Shown one piece after another: positions 11,119 through 24,191 of a stretch of 64,000 bases of DNA; position 1 is the first letter of the stretch, and each line of letters opens with the position of its first letter. The position numbers and the translations under genes were made by a program. This DNA comes from Macrostomum lignano (Eukaryota). Location of the stretch: positions 1 to 64,000 of the forward strand of contig NIVC01000988.1 of NCBI GenBank assembly GCA_002269645.1, in the 5' to 3' direction. A model generated the notes under the pieces. The model had not been told where the DNA came from and made no database searches. It saw only the letters and a list, made by a program, of their open reading frames with translations.

Positions 11119-14100
11119 TCAAGTGACAATGGGGCTTGATGAAGAGCCGGCGCCGCCAGCGGCCCCAGCTGAGCTATCGAATGCGGTGTACTTGCTGCCG
11201 TAATAGTCTGCCACGGCTAGGAAACGAGCAAAAATGAAGCCTATAATGATGCCGGCAAGCTGAAAAGAAGAGATTTGTTATCGTTTTATTTGTTTTATAA
11301 GTGAAAACATTAACGATAGGACAGGTTTAATTTACAGCCTAAATGAAATTCCCGAGGGATTTCGTCATTTCTTGGAATGTGTGATTCTGTAGATTTTCAC
11401 GTTTCATGGAATATGGAATTCCCGAGGGATTTCGACATTTCTTGGAATGTGTGATTTAATTTTTTACGTTTCTTGGAATGTGGAATTCTGTGGATTTTTA
11501 CGTTTCTTGGAATGTGAAATTCTGTGAATTTTTACGTTTCTTGGAATGTGAAATTCTGTGGATTTTTACGTTTCTTGGAATGTGAAATTCTGTGGATTTT
11601 TACGTTTCTTGGAATGTGAAATTCTGTGGATTTTTTACGTTTCTTGGAATGTGATTCTTAGGTTTTTTTTACGTTTCTTGGAATGTGTGACTCTGCTGAT
11701 TTTCACGTTTCATGGAAAATGAAATTCCCGAGGGATTTCGACATTTCTTGGAATGTGTGATTTAATTTTTTACGTTTCTTGGAATGTGGAATTCTGTGGA
11801 TTTTTACGTTTCTTGGAATGTGAAATTCTGTGGATTTTTACGTTTCTTGGAATGTGATTCTGTTTTTTTGTTTCATGGAATGTGTGATTGTGGATATTTT
11901 ACGTTTTTGGGACGTGATTCTGTGGATTTTTACATTTCTTGGAATGTGGAATTCTGTGGATTTTCAAATTTCTTGAAATGTGTGACTGTTGATTTTACAT
12001 TTCTCGTGGAATGTGTGATTCTGTGGATTTTTACGTTTCTTGGAATGTGGAATTCTTAGGATTTTTCGGTGCTTCTTGGAACTTGGGATCCTGTGAAGTT
12101 TGGCATTTCTTAGAAAAAGATTCTGAGGAGTTTAGCGTTTTTTGGAATGTGGAATTATGGAAATATGGATACAATGATCTTCTCAATTTAAGATATGGAT
12201 TTTTAGGGATATCAGCTACGTCATCTGGGATTCAACTAGGTCTTCCATATAGCTCACCATAAGCACAACATAGCTAATACCAACAGCCCCAGCCACCAGA
12301 ATCCTGGCCGACACAAAACTCTGCATCGCGTCAAAGCAGCCTTCAATAAACAGAGCGGCATTGCTGCCTGTCAATGGCGGAGGATTCGCCGGCGGAGCGT
12401 TGGTGACATTCACGTTGCCAAGGCATCGCGGCTGGTCTTGCACGCTGGAGTCTGCCCGACGTTTGCAGCAGCTCAATGGTACAAATGGAGCCTTGTTGCC
12501 TTCTAGTACTGTGGTGGCCTGGTACCAAGCGCTGGCGTTCTGGTACAGATACCAGGAGCGAGTGGAGTTCACGCCGCCGTAGGCGCCGCAGCAGGAGAAC
12601 TGGGCGAGGCAGATGGGATGGATAATCGGGGGGTGATGAGGATCTGGGAAGCTGGCCCAGCAACTGAGGATCTGGGAAGCTGGCCCAGCAACTGAGGATC
12701 TGGGAAGCTGGCCCAGCAACTGAGGATCTGGGAGGCTGGCCCAGCAACTGAGGATCTGGGAAGCTGGCCCAGCAACTGAGGATCTGGGAGGCTGGTCCAG
12801 AAACTGAGGATCTGGGACGCTGGCCCAGCAACTGAGGATCTGGGAGACTGGCCCAGCAACTGAGGATCTGGGAAGCTGGCCCAGCAACTGAGGATCTGGG
12901 AAGCTGTTCCAGCAACGGAGGATCTGGGAAGCTGGCCCAGCAACTGAGGATCTGGGAGGCTGGCCCAGCAACTGAGGATCTGGGAGGCTGGCACAGCAAC
13001 TGAGGAACTGGGAGGCTGGTCCAGCAACTGAGGATCTGGGAGGCTGGCCAAAAAGGATCTGGGAGGATTGTGACCCAGCAACCAAGGGTCTGATAGGCTT
13101 GCTGAGAGGGCATGAGGACAGAACTAAAACTTTATAAAGAATTGATCAAAAGGCCGGAACTTACATATCGCTGCACAGCATCAGTAGCTGTAGTAATCTC
13201 TGTATTTCTATCTGCATCCAAATTAATGCCATAATACTTGGCTATTGACGTCTCTAAGGTGGATTTCACAGCATCCTGCAACTCTGTGTAGAATGCAAAG
13301 CCTATAGCCCCAACAACCAGGAATGTGACGAATAAGCAGATGACGACAATCAGATACTGAAAGTAAGTTAAGGATTTGAAACGATATAAATACTTACTTG
13401 GATATAATATACTTGTTTAGCAACACCTCACTCAGATCTTCATTAAGCTATCTCTACCCACCTCACTCAGATCTTCACTAAGCTATCTCTACCCACCTCA
13501 CTCAGATCTTCATTAAGCTATCTCTACCCACCTCACTCAGATCTTCACTAAGCTATCTCTACCCACCTCACTCAGATCTTCATTAAGCTAGCTCTACCTA
13601 CCTCACTCAGATCTTCATAAAGCTATCTCTACCCACCTCACTCAGATCTTCATTAAGCTAGCTCTACCTCACTCAGATCTTCATTAAGCTATCTCTACCT
13701 CACCCAGATCTTAATTAAGCTAGCTCTACCTCACTCAGATCTTCATTAAGCTTAGCTCTACCTCACTTAAATATTCACTAAGCTAGCTCTACCTCACTCA
13801 GATCTTTATTAAGCTAGCTCTACCTCACTCAGATCTTCATTAAGCCAGCTCCACCTCACTCAGATATTCATTAAGCTAGCTCTACCTCGCTCAGAGCTTC
13901 ATTAAGCTAGCTCTACCTCACTCAGATCTTTATTAAGCTAGCTCTACCTCACTCAGATCTTCATTAAGCTAGCTCTACCTCACTCAGATCTTTATTAAGC
14001 TAGCTCTACCTCACTCAGATCTTCATTAAGCTAGCTCTACCTCACTCAGATCTTTATTAAGCTAGCTCTACCTCACTCAGATCTTCATTAAGCTAGCTCT

Positions 14101-15614
14101 ACCTCACTCAGATCTTCATTAAGCTAGCTCTACCTCACTCAGATCTTCATTAAGCTAGCTCTACCTCACTCAGATCTTCATTAAGCTAGCTCTACCTCAC
14201 TCAGATCTTCATTAAGCTAGCTCTACCTCACTCAGATCTTCATTAAGCTACCTCTACCTCACTCAGATCTTCATTAAGCTAGCTCTACCTCACTCAGATC
14301 TTTATTAAGCTTAGCTCTACCTCACTCAGATCTTCATTAAGCTAGCTCTACCTCACTCAGATCTTCATTAAGCTTAGCTCTACCTCACTCAGATCTTCAT
14401 TAAGCTTAGCTCTACCTCACTTAAATATTTACTAAGCTAGCTCTACCTCACTCAGATCTTCATTAAGCTAGCTCTACCTCACTCAGATCTTCATTAAGCT
14501 TAGCTCTACCTCACTCAGATCTTTATTAAGCTAGCTCTACCTCACTCAGATCTTCATTAAGCTAGCTCTACCTCACTCAGATCTTCATTAAGCTAGCTCT
14601 ACCTCACTCAGATCTTCATTAAGCTAGCTCTACCTCACTCAGATCTTCATTAAGCTAGCTCTACCTCACTCAGATCTTCATTAAGCTAGCTCTACCTCAC
14701 TCAGATCTTCATTAAGCTACCTCTACCTCACTCAGATCTTCATTAAGCTAGCTCTACCTCACTCAGATCTTTATTAAGCTTAGCTCTACCTCACTCAGAT
14801 CTTCATTAAGCTAGCTCTACCTCACTCAGATATTCATTAAGCTTAGCTCTACCTCACTCAGATCTTCATTAAGCTTAGCTCTACCTCACTTAAATATTTA
14901 CTAAGCTAGCTCTACCTCACTCAGATCTTCATTAAGCTAGCTCTACCTCACTCAGATCTTCATTAAGCTTAGCTCTACCTCACTCAGATCTTCATTAAGC
15001 TTAGCTCTACCTCACTCAAATCTTCACTAAGCTAGCTCTACCTCACTCAGATCTTCATTAAGCTTAGCTGTACCTCACTCAGATCTTCATTAAGCTAGCT
15101 CTACCTCACTCAGATCTTCATTAAGCTAGCTGTACCTCACTCAGATCTTCATTAAGCTAGCTCTATCTCACTCAGATCCTTATCAACCTGTACTACTTTA
15201 ATTGAATATTGACAATCACAAGAAGCAATAGCTAAAAGTACACAACAGAAATGAACTCACAAACAGATGCAGACAGGTGTTATTCTTAACAGTGCCAATC
15301 AAGCCAAATATTGATGCAACAAGCATTACTGAGCCAGTTATGATCAGTAAGGAGTAAGTAGCCACATGATAATAGACGCCAAGCATATCGCATACAGAAT
15401 TGATAATAGTAGTCTGAGTTGCAGTGTAGGCCCCAATGCCCAATACTACAATGCCAGCAATGAGCATTAGAAATACTTCGTGTACAAGCATCATGTATTT
15501 CACTGCTTTCTCTCGCGGACTGGTCAATGGTGGATATTGAGAATAGTAGCTTTGAGCTCCTGTTGATGTTGTGGCATTTTTCCCACTTACATCAACTGCA
15601 GGCTGTTGTTGCAT
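11119..15614 (-). CDS. Tetraspanin, ~342 aa, 4 coding exons
   Basis: Exons 15614-15261, 13356-13165, 12599-12258, 11259-11119; all phase 0 with GTRAG donors and CAG acceptors. Four hydrophobic segments; large extracellular loop with FSCCG, PLSCC and EGC tetraspanin signatures. Confidence 0.92.
11340..12150. repeat. ~34-bp minisatellite TTTTACGTTTCTTGGAATGTGAAATTCTGTGGAT (tetraspanin intron 3)
   Basis: Tandem degenerate array. Confidence 0.93.
12635..13095. repeat. 28-bp minisatellite AACTGAGGATCTGGGAAGCTGGCCCAGC (tetraspanin intron 2)
   Basis: About 16 units. Confidence 0.97.
13405..15180. repeat. 31-bp minisatellite CTCACTCAGATCTTCATTAAGCTAGCTCTAC, ~57 units (tetraspanin intron 1)
   Basis: Homogeneous array with a higher-order block duplication. 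Confidence 0.98.
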
Positions 15615-18350
15615 TGTTTTTATTGCTTAATATTAATTATTAATATTGATAAAAAACTTGTTGTTAAAGTTACGGAGTTGCTCATGCAGGAAATATATTG
15701 TAATTAGTAATTGTGTATGTCATAAATCAATTTAAACTAACTTTTTTGCAAATATTGATATATTATATTTTATAAGAACTGATTTAAAAAATACAAAATT
15801 TCTACTAATTCTAGTTCACCCTATAAAATATTGATATTATCATTCTTAATTATTATAGCAAAAAGTGTTAAGTATCTATAGGCATACTTTTCATTCATGA
15901 AACATTTTAGTAAACAAATTATCACTTTTAACTTGAACATAATAATTTTGAAAAATATTAAAAAGCATATATGCAACCTCATGGATACTATGAATACTAG
16001 TACAATAGTCTGTTTTCAAAAATGTAACCTAAATTATATATTAGAAAAGCCATTTTGCAACATAACTTTTCTTTGCATATGATTTAAAACTTTTTATCTG
16101 CTTCCTAAAGTACTTAAAAAAAATTTCTCATTTTTATTTATTTGTTTTTAAAACATTAGTAGAGAATATTATTTTCTTTTAGTTTTCTTTCTATGTCTTC
16201 TAGGATTTTAATAGAGCCTATTTATAATTTAAAAATGATAAAATGGCCTGCAAAAGACAAGAATTTTTATAGTTTATGCTAGTCAGTCTTTCAGCTAACA
16301 ATTTGGACCTAAAATACTTGTCAATCTGACAATAGATAAAGCTATTATAATAATACAATGGTTAGAGAAGTAAAGGGTGCTAATGCTGATTTACTGATTC
16401 CTAGGTGCTATGCTAAAGAAAAAAGTCTATAGACAATGAAAAAGCTTGCTATATATAAAGATAGCATCTTTGACTAATGTAAAATCTATTATAGTAAAAC
16501 CTATCACTATTAGGCCTACTATATCCTATAGCCACAACCACATACATGCCCAACCTAAAAATTTCACCCATCTGCTGTGACTTAGTTTTGTCCAGATTTG
16601 TAACTTCGTTCCTCCCAATTGCAGTTGCAACTTAGATCCCCCAATCGTGACTTAATTTTCACTTTATATATGATTTTTCTTGCCTTTTTCTCTTTTTCTC
16701 TTTTTCCTCCTCTTTCCCCTCTCTCTCTTTTTACTTCTTTCTTTTCCTTTCCTCTTCCTCTCCCTTTTTCCTTTAATTTTTCATTATTTTGTGTTTCCAA
16801 TTTTGCAACTTACCTTGGCTAGCAGCCATTTCACCCGTCCAGTTTTGATGGGTTGGACAGGTGTTGGGCATGTATGCTCAACCATTACCAATTTTAATCC
16901 TTTCTAGATTAGTCAAAGCCAATGTATAAATAGGCTTAATCTTTACTATTGCAAAGTCAACTGGCTAGTGGCTATTTTATAGCAACAATGCTTAAGAGCT
17001 CTGCTCTAAATTTGCTAGAAAAGTTTAACTTTTTCATTTAGTATAAAAAATAAAAAAGTTAAAGCCTACTAAAAGATAGAAAAAAATACTTTTTTTTTCT
17101 ATAACACTAAATTATTGGTTGAATTTTGATTATGAAATAGATTGCATCACACTAGGCTAGGCCTATTAGTATTTATTTATTCATTCTACTCTAAGTACAT
17201 GATCAATAGTTAAAAACAAAAATATTTTGATACTAGATATGTGCCACCCCTTTGACTTACACTAGCCATGCCTATGCAACTTACTTTTTGACCAAAAAAT
17301 GCAACTTATCTATAAAAAAACCCTAAAGCAAAACTCATAAATTTTTGGGTAAATAGCAAGAATAACTAGGGGCCTATGACTGTCTTATTAAGGCTCAATG
17401 TCTCATAATCTAATTATGAGTAATACAATATATTCTTTTAGGCAGATATTTTTGCAACTTATCCTTGGTCTACCACAATTTATAGTGGCCAGATTAGCTA
17501 GGTCAGCCAGCAGTTGCACATGTATTATTGATGCGATATGCATCATTTAGAAAAAAATGAACAAAAACTAAACAATAAGATTGTTTGTTCAAATACAAAA
17601 ACCAAACATTAGCCTTAGATTTCTTATTTGGTCAAAATATACCTTTAGAATCATTATTTGTTTTTTATAACAAGTGTGCAAGCACTTAACGCTACTAATA
17701 GTAATAATAATAGCTTTTGTAAATAAATTTGTCAATAATAATTTCGAGTTTAATCACTCAAGAATAATATTCACATAATATTTGTTTTAATCTTCCAACA
17801 TTTAATAATAATATTCATGTAAAATTTGTATGTATTTTTAAACTGACAACTAATTTAGCCCTATTTGTTTTAATACTGCATATATCAAAATTAATATTGA
17901 TCAAGTGTTAAAATAGTATAAATAGACGGGATCAGGCCAGAGAGCCACCAACTTGGCTGATTGCCTGTTCCTAAATTAGTCTCAAGTCTCGCTACTTGTT
18001 GAGCTTTAAACTGTTACTTAGAAATCTTTTCAAGACTTAGTAAATTTTTCAATTCGAAGAGTGAAGTGGAAGTAAATCATACCACAGATACTACTGATAT
18101 GCAGAATACCAAGGAGATCGAAGTGAAACAAAGTAGATCTCGGGAATACATATACAGTATTGAGAAGGCTGTGACCCTCTAATCTCGGTAACGCCCAAGG
18201 ACTTGCAAAGTACATGAAATACATATACCAGTAAGCCAAAATACCGCTCAGGCCATTATTAAGTAGAACGCTACCAGTATAATAGAACACTAGGGCCTAC
18301 TAGAATAATCAGAAGAGTAAAATCTTTCAGGGTTAATAGTTTTTCTAAGA

Positions 18351-18425
18351 ATAATACTTAGACTAATACTCAGACTAATACTCAGACTAAATACTCAGAC
18401 TAAATACCTAGACTAAATACTCAGA
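18351..18425. repeat. 12-13-bp tandem repeat TAATACTCAGAC
   Basis: About 6 units. Confidence 0.8.
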
Positions 18426-20092
18426 CCTATTCTAAGAAACATTTCTCAGATTATTCTAATATTGATAAACTCATAATTTATTAATAGAATAATCTTGGTG
18501 GCAGCTACCAACTTAACAAAAACAATTAAAGATTAGTGTAGGAAGTTAGCCCTGTAACAACTTTGGTGTCAGCAGTAGAGATTTAAATAGAGAGAACAAT
18601 AACCACTGTTACAACTTGGTGGCAATTAGTGGGATAGCTAAAGAGGGAAGTAAAACCCCTGTCACACAAGTTATCATTCATCAACAACTATAGTCTAGAT
18701 AATGTAGAATATATCAATCATACTTCATATTGTGTATTACTATCTATTGTCATATATGATAGGTTATACCAAAAGTATACTTTAAAGTATCCTAAAATGG
18801 CAAGTACTATGTTACTTTCCAAACAATGGGAGTACACTACACACCTAAAATTCCATGAACCAAATTTAGCCTAACAAATTAAATGCATGCCAATAATAAT
18901 CAGATATAGGTCTACACCACACCACTAGGCCTATAAAAATAGAAACAATATTTTGGAAATGTTTATTACTAAAACCTAAGTTTTGAGTAAAAATGATTAT
19001 TGACATTGTACCCACGGCCAGGGGTCCAGATGGGCGACGCCGACGCCACGCGGGCCAGACATAATATAACACGTCTATGGATAATGGTAGGCCTAGGGTA
19101 CCCTGGCTGCTGTCTGCAGTTAAAAAGGTAGCAGACAAAATATGATAAGAAAAAACCGTCTTCAAACTCCGTTACCCGTGATGATACGTTGAGTCGTTGA
19201 GACAGAGAGAGAGATCTCTCAAGGGCTCCGCTCATGCCGTCCGTCCGTCGTAACATGGAAGAATAGAGTGATTTTAAACTAGGAATATGGCTTCCATTTT
19301 CTATGCCGGTATAATACCAAACTTCACAGGGTCAGGGTCGGCTCTGAATGTGTAGTTTGAATTTTTGGTGTTTGTTATGTTCTATTAAAAGACTTGCTAC
19401 ACTTATTTACAACATGCATACGCTGTGAATCAACCTAGCGATTAAAAAAACTCTTTTTATTAGGCTAATTTTAGTCTTACATCTAACTTAAACTACATAT
19501 ATTATTTCTAGGTTTCAGCGCGAGTTTGATTTTTGTAATTTTACCGCCCAGTTTCAAACTACAAAATTTTCCCTTCGCCTTGAAAATCAATGTACACATA
19601 AGCACTACTATTGAAAATACTACAATGCCATATCTGCCAACCTGTATTGGTTACGCAAGTTCTCTTTGCTTTGTTTACTAGCATGTACATTAATAATAGG
19701 CTCTAATGTAATGTGCGCGTTGCTCTGCTATATAGGCAATAGGCCTATGGCTATGTCTATAGACGTATTATTATTCATGAAACTCAAAAGACTAAAGGTC
19801 AGGTTTTTTGTGAATATCAGGCATTTCTGACCAAGACTCCAAAGTGTAAAAATTGCGTGTCTCCACCCTTCTGTAGTCTGTAGAGTGAAAATTAGGGTCC
19901 ATGCTCCATGACTAAAACAAATCTTGCAGCTGCTGTCTTGCAACTCTGCTTGATCAGCTCTACTTGTGACTTTCTTTCTGAGTGAGCATAGAAGCACTAT
20001 GCAGTGTATATTTCTATGGCTAAGGGTATGCAACCAAATTCATGCTGCTTACAGTAGGCCTAGGAAGCACTTATAAAAATTGGACTTTTGTG

Positions 20093-20293
20093 CAGGGGCA
20101 TAGCCAGGAATTTCCTAGGGGGGGGGGGCAGGGGGGAAACACCAAGGTGAATTTTCTATAGGGGGATATACCAAGGTAAAAGTGCTATGTCAAAGTCACA
20201 TGGTAGCATGTATAGCAACAAAGGGCAACAAAAAAGTTTTGGTCAGGCTCAGGATATATCCCCCCTATCTCCCTCCTTATACTTATACCCTTG
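20093..20293. mobile_element. Older hAT-type MITE (~200 bp)
   Basis: Ends CAGGGGCATAG / CTTATACCCTTG (degenerate TIR); flanking 8-mers CTTTTGTG and CTTTTATG (7/8 match, TSD-like). Confidence 0.6.
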
Positions 20294-20759
20294 CTTTTAT
20301 GGCATGAAAGCTAAAATAGCCTAAGCTGCTAACTTGTAAGGCATATAATTTTTTAACACACATTGATACTTGTGGAAGCAAGCAAAAGTGACGCTAGCCT
20401 ACTTCTAGGACACCCCTTGTATAGGGACTATTGTATGTTTTAATTAATGTAGAATAAAACAAAAACTTTTTGGGAACCCCAGTCAAGCCTAATCACTCTA
20501 ACCCTAAAGTAGGCCTATACTAGCAATCTAGTGCAGCCCCCCTTTGGGGTACCCAATAAGCAAGGAGCAAAAATAGTTCATGGAAAACAATTAAAAAAGC
20601 ACCTTTTCTTAAGAACTAATTCCTTCTTCACTTTTAAAAATCACCTTATTCATATAAAATTGTCACGGACAAAGATGTAAGTTATAAGTCACTTTTTCTC
20701 TAAAATTAACAAATAGACAACAAAATATATCACTTCCTCTAAATAGAAAATATTCCCAA

Positions 20760-22185
20760 GACAGCAAGCATCCCCCAGATAGCAAGCACCCCCTTCCAAA
20801 AGTAAGCAACCACAGATAGCAAGCATTCCCTAATGCTCATAGCAAGCATCACCCCAGATAGCAAGCATCTGCAGATAGCAAGCATCTGCAGATAGCAAGC
20901 ATCCCCTAGATAGCAAGCATCACTTTAGATAGCAAGCATCAACCCAGATAGCAAGCATCTGTAGACAGCAAGCATCCCCCAGATAGAAGCATCTATCCAG
21001 ATTGCAAGCATCCTGCAGATAGCAAGCATCCCCCAAATATTGTAAAAGTATCCACCCAGATAGCAAGCATCCTGCAGATAGCAAGCATCCCCCAAATATT
21101 GTAGAAGTATCCACCCAGATAGCAAGCATTTTTTTATAGAAGCATCCTGCAGATAGCAAGCACCCCCAGATATTGTTGAAGCATCCACCTAAATAGCAAG
21201 CATCTACCCAGATAGCAAGCATCCACCTAGATAGCAAGCATCCTGCAGATAGCAAGCATGAAATATTGTAGAAGTATCCACCTAGATAGCAAGCATCCTG
21301 TAGATAGCAAGCATCCCCAAATATTGTAGAAGTATCCACTAGTGTTCCGCCGTAATTACGGCTATATGGCAAATTACGGCTACGACACTTTGAAGCCGTA
21401 TTTTCATTACGGATTACAGTTATGGACCTTACGGCACGTCAGTCATAGATTCATATTGTAGCAAAACAAAACAGAATCACGAATTTTGTAAATGTAACGA
21501 AAACACGAAAACTGAAAAAGCAGCACCAAGCGCACAATTTCATATTGTAGCATCACACACAATGAAAAAGGCTATAGAATACTTAGATAAAGATAATAAG
21601 ATATTATATTTACAAAAAAATAAATGAATATTAATGCATGAACAAACAACAAGTAGGTTTTATTGCTATCCTTTTATCCTTTTTATCTGTCCTTTTCTGT
21701 CTGCCCTACTTTTCATGCAAAAATATCAATTTTTGTTATACATTACGGCTACGGTTATGGCAAATTATGGTTACGGACTTTTTTAGCCCGTAATGACGGC
21801 AAAATTTGGCTACGGAAGTTGCTTCTTTCTTACGGCTACGGTTACGGTTACGGAGGTCAAAACTCGCGGCAGCGGAACACTAGTATCCACCTAGATAGCA
21901 AGCATCCCCCAGATATTATAGAAGCATCCTGCAGATAGCAAGCATCTTCTAGATATTATAGAAACACCACCCAGGTAGCAAACATCTTGCAAATAGCAAG
22001 CATCCCCCCCCCAGATATTATAGAAGCATCCTGCAAATAGCAAATACCCCCAGATATTATAGAAGCATCCACCCAGATAGCAAGCATCCCTGGATAAAAA
22101 GAATCCCATATGTATAGCCAGTACCCCCCCCCCTCCTTAAGAGCAAACATCTTCCAGATAGCAAGCATCTACGAGACAGCAAGTA
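20760..22185. repeat. GATAGCAAGCATC-core minisatellite interrupted by the 21340-21882 MITE
   Basis: The same units occur on both sides of the insertion. Confidence 0.93.
21340..21882. mobile_element. hAT-type MITE (543 bp) inserted into a minisatellite
   Basis: Perfect 11-bp TIR TAGTGTTCCGC/GCGGAACACTA; perfect 8-bp TSD GTATCCAC (21332-21339, 21883-21890); TACGG-rich subterminal repeats at both ends; no ORF. Confidence 0.9.
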
Positions 22186-22299
22186 GCTATTGCAAATTTT
22201 CTTTCCACTAATGCAATAAATGCTTTCTCAGGTTGTGCAACAATCCACGTCTTAGCAAGCGCAAAAATCTCTTATTTAGACAGTGCAATAATTAGCTTC

Positions 22300-22625
22300 T
22301 CAGCTAGTGCAATAATCCTTTACTCATCAAGTCCAAAAATCGATGTCTGGGCTAGGCAAAAGCCTTTTCTAATCTAGTGCAATAATCCTTGGCTTATCAA
22401 GTACAATATTCTTTACTATCAAGTGCAATAATCCATGGCTTATCAAGCACAGTAATCCTTGGTTTATCAAGTGCAATAATCTTTGGTTTATTAAGTGCAG
22501 TAATCCTTGGCTTATCAAGTGCAGTAATCCTTGGTTTATCAAGTGCAATAATCCTTGGCTTATCAAGTGTAATAATCCTTGGTTCATCAAGCATAGTAAT
22601 CCTTGCTTTAGCAAGCGCCATAATC
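22300..22625. repeat. 24-bp minisatellite GTGCAATAATCCTTGGCTTATCAA
   Basis: Tandem degenerate units. Confidence 0.9.
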
Positions 22626-22696
22626 CAGGTCTTTTTAATTAGTCCTTTAATAAAAGCTTTTAATAAAAATTTATGCTACTTTTTTATATACTACTA

Positions 22697-22752
22697 AGAT
22701 TCAAACCCAGGTTGCTGCATTAGCAGTCCAGTATGTTCACATTTAGGCTAGC
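22697..22752 (-). mobile_element. Degenerate tRNA-like (Ser-GCT-like) SINE head or tRNA pseudogene
   Basis: Minus strand TAGCCTAAATGTG (box A-like), GGACTGCTAAT (anticodon arm-like), GGTTTGAATC (box B with CpG decay); no acceptor stem. Confidence 0.4.
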
Positions 22753-23109
22753 TCTCATTGAATTTATGAATGAATTTGTAGCACTTATAATTCAACACTC
22801 ACACCAAGTCAATTGAGTAAAAGTCACATGAAGCAGTTATGACATAATCAATTTCTTAGGCAAGTCAGTACCAGTCTCTATTAAAGTTAGCGATATGGTT
22901 ATGTAATATTAGTCAGGTATGTGCCATGCTTCCATACTGTGTCACCCAATTCAATTCAGTATCAAAATTCAGCCAATATACACAGACGATAAATAAAAAG
23001 CCTATTGTGATGCAATCTATTTCAGAATCAGAATTCAGTCATTTTTTTCTCTAGCATTCTTATAATGTATTTTAAGTCAAAAGTTCTGCTTGACTTTTGC
23101 AAAAAGCAT

Positions 23110-23780
23110 GTTTTTCGAATATTTAATGCCTTTAGCATTGAGCAATTTCTTAGCCAAGTGCATTACCATGATGGTACTAGTTGCATGTACCATCACGGTA
23201 AAATTTCTGATCAAACAGTACAAGTTAAAAAAAATTGGTTAGCCATTTCTTCTCTAATTGATCACACAGGTACCTACTAAAAAACTTATTTTACATGGAG
23301 CCAATTGACACACACACACACATAGTTTTGATTTTTAGTATATTGGATGACTAGCAATCAGCGTCCCCCATTGGGGAGCCAAAAAAAGGCAGTACAAGTT
23401 TTTTTTAAAAACTACATGTAGCATCTCTTTGCATTATACCTCAGCAGTCCCTTGTAAGCCTTGACATATCAGCAGTTCCCCCACAAGCCTTAACATATAA
23501 ACTCTTCCCCTTGACATCTCAGCAATGCTTCCAAAAGCCTTGAAATCTTAAAAAAAATTTTCAACCTTCTAACCCTAACCCTAGCCCTAACCCTAACCCT
23601 AATGTTTTTCGAATTTAATGCCTTTTTAATGCCTTTAGCATCGAGCAATTTCTTAGCCACATTGCATGTACCGTCATGGAAAAATTTCTGATCGAACAGT
23701 GCAAGTTCAAAGAAAATCAGTTGAGCCATTTCTTCCCTAATCGATCACATAGGTACCTACCGACAACTCATTTTTAGTAT
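23110..23780. repeat. Diverged ~180-bp direct repeat pair with an interstitial (CCCTAA)5 tract
   Basis: 23110-23292 matches 23605-23780 (TTTTTCGAAT..AATGCCTTTAGCAT.GAGCAATTTCTTAGCCA...GATCACA.AGGTACCTAC); telomere-type hexamers at ~23570-23602. Confidence 0.75.
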
Positions 23781-23795
23781 ATAGGAGAATACACT

Positions 23796-23953
23796 CCAGC
23801 CAAGCCCTATCCCTCTAACCCCAATGTACATATATACCAGCCAACCCCTATCCCTCTAACCCCAATGTACACATACACCAGCCAACTCCTATCCCTCTAA
23901 CCCCAATGTACATATATACCAGCCAAGCCCTATCCCTCTAACCCTAATGTACA
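23796..23953. repeat. 40-bp tandem repeat x4 (CCAGCCAACCCTATCCCTCTAACCCCAATGTACATATATA)
   Basis: Four units upstream of the FAM193 ATG. Confidence 0.9.
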
Positions 23954-24191
23954 CTTAACTATTAAATATTTACTAGTTCTATTCAATACTAGCATTTTTG
24001 GTAGGTTCTATGTACTTTGCATAGAATCCATAGATAAACAAAAGTTTAAGTAAGCAAGTTTAAATTAAGTTTTGCTTAAAAGTTCATGTAATTCATTATC
24101 ACAACAAAGTAATTTGACAGGCTCTCCACTTGATGAAGCTCCAAGTATCCAATAAGCCATTTCCTCATTCAAGAAAAAAACTTAGCAAGCC

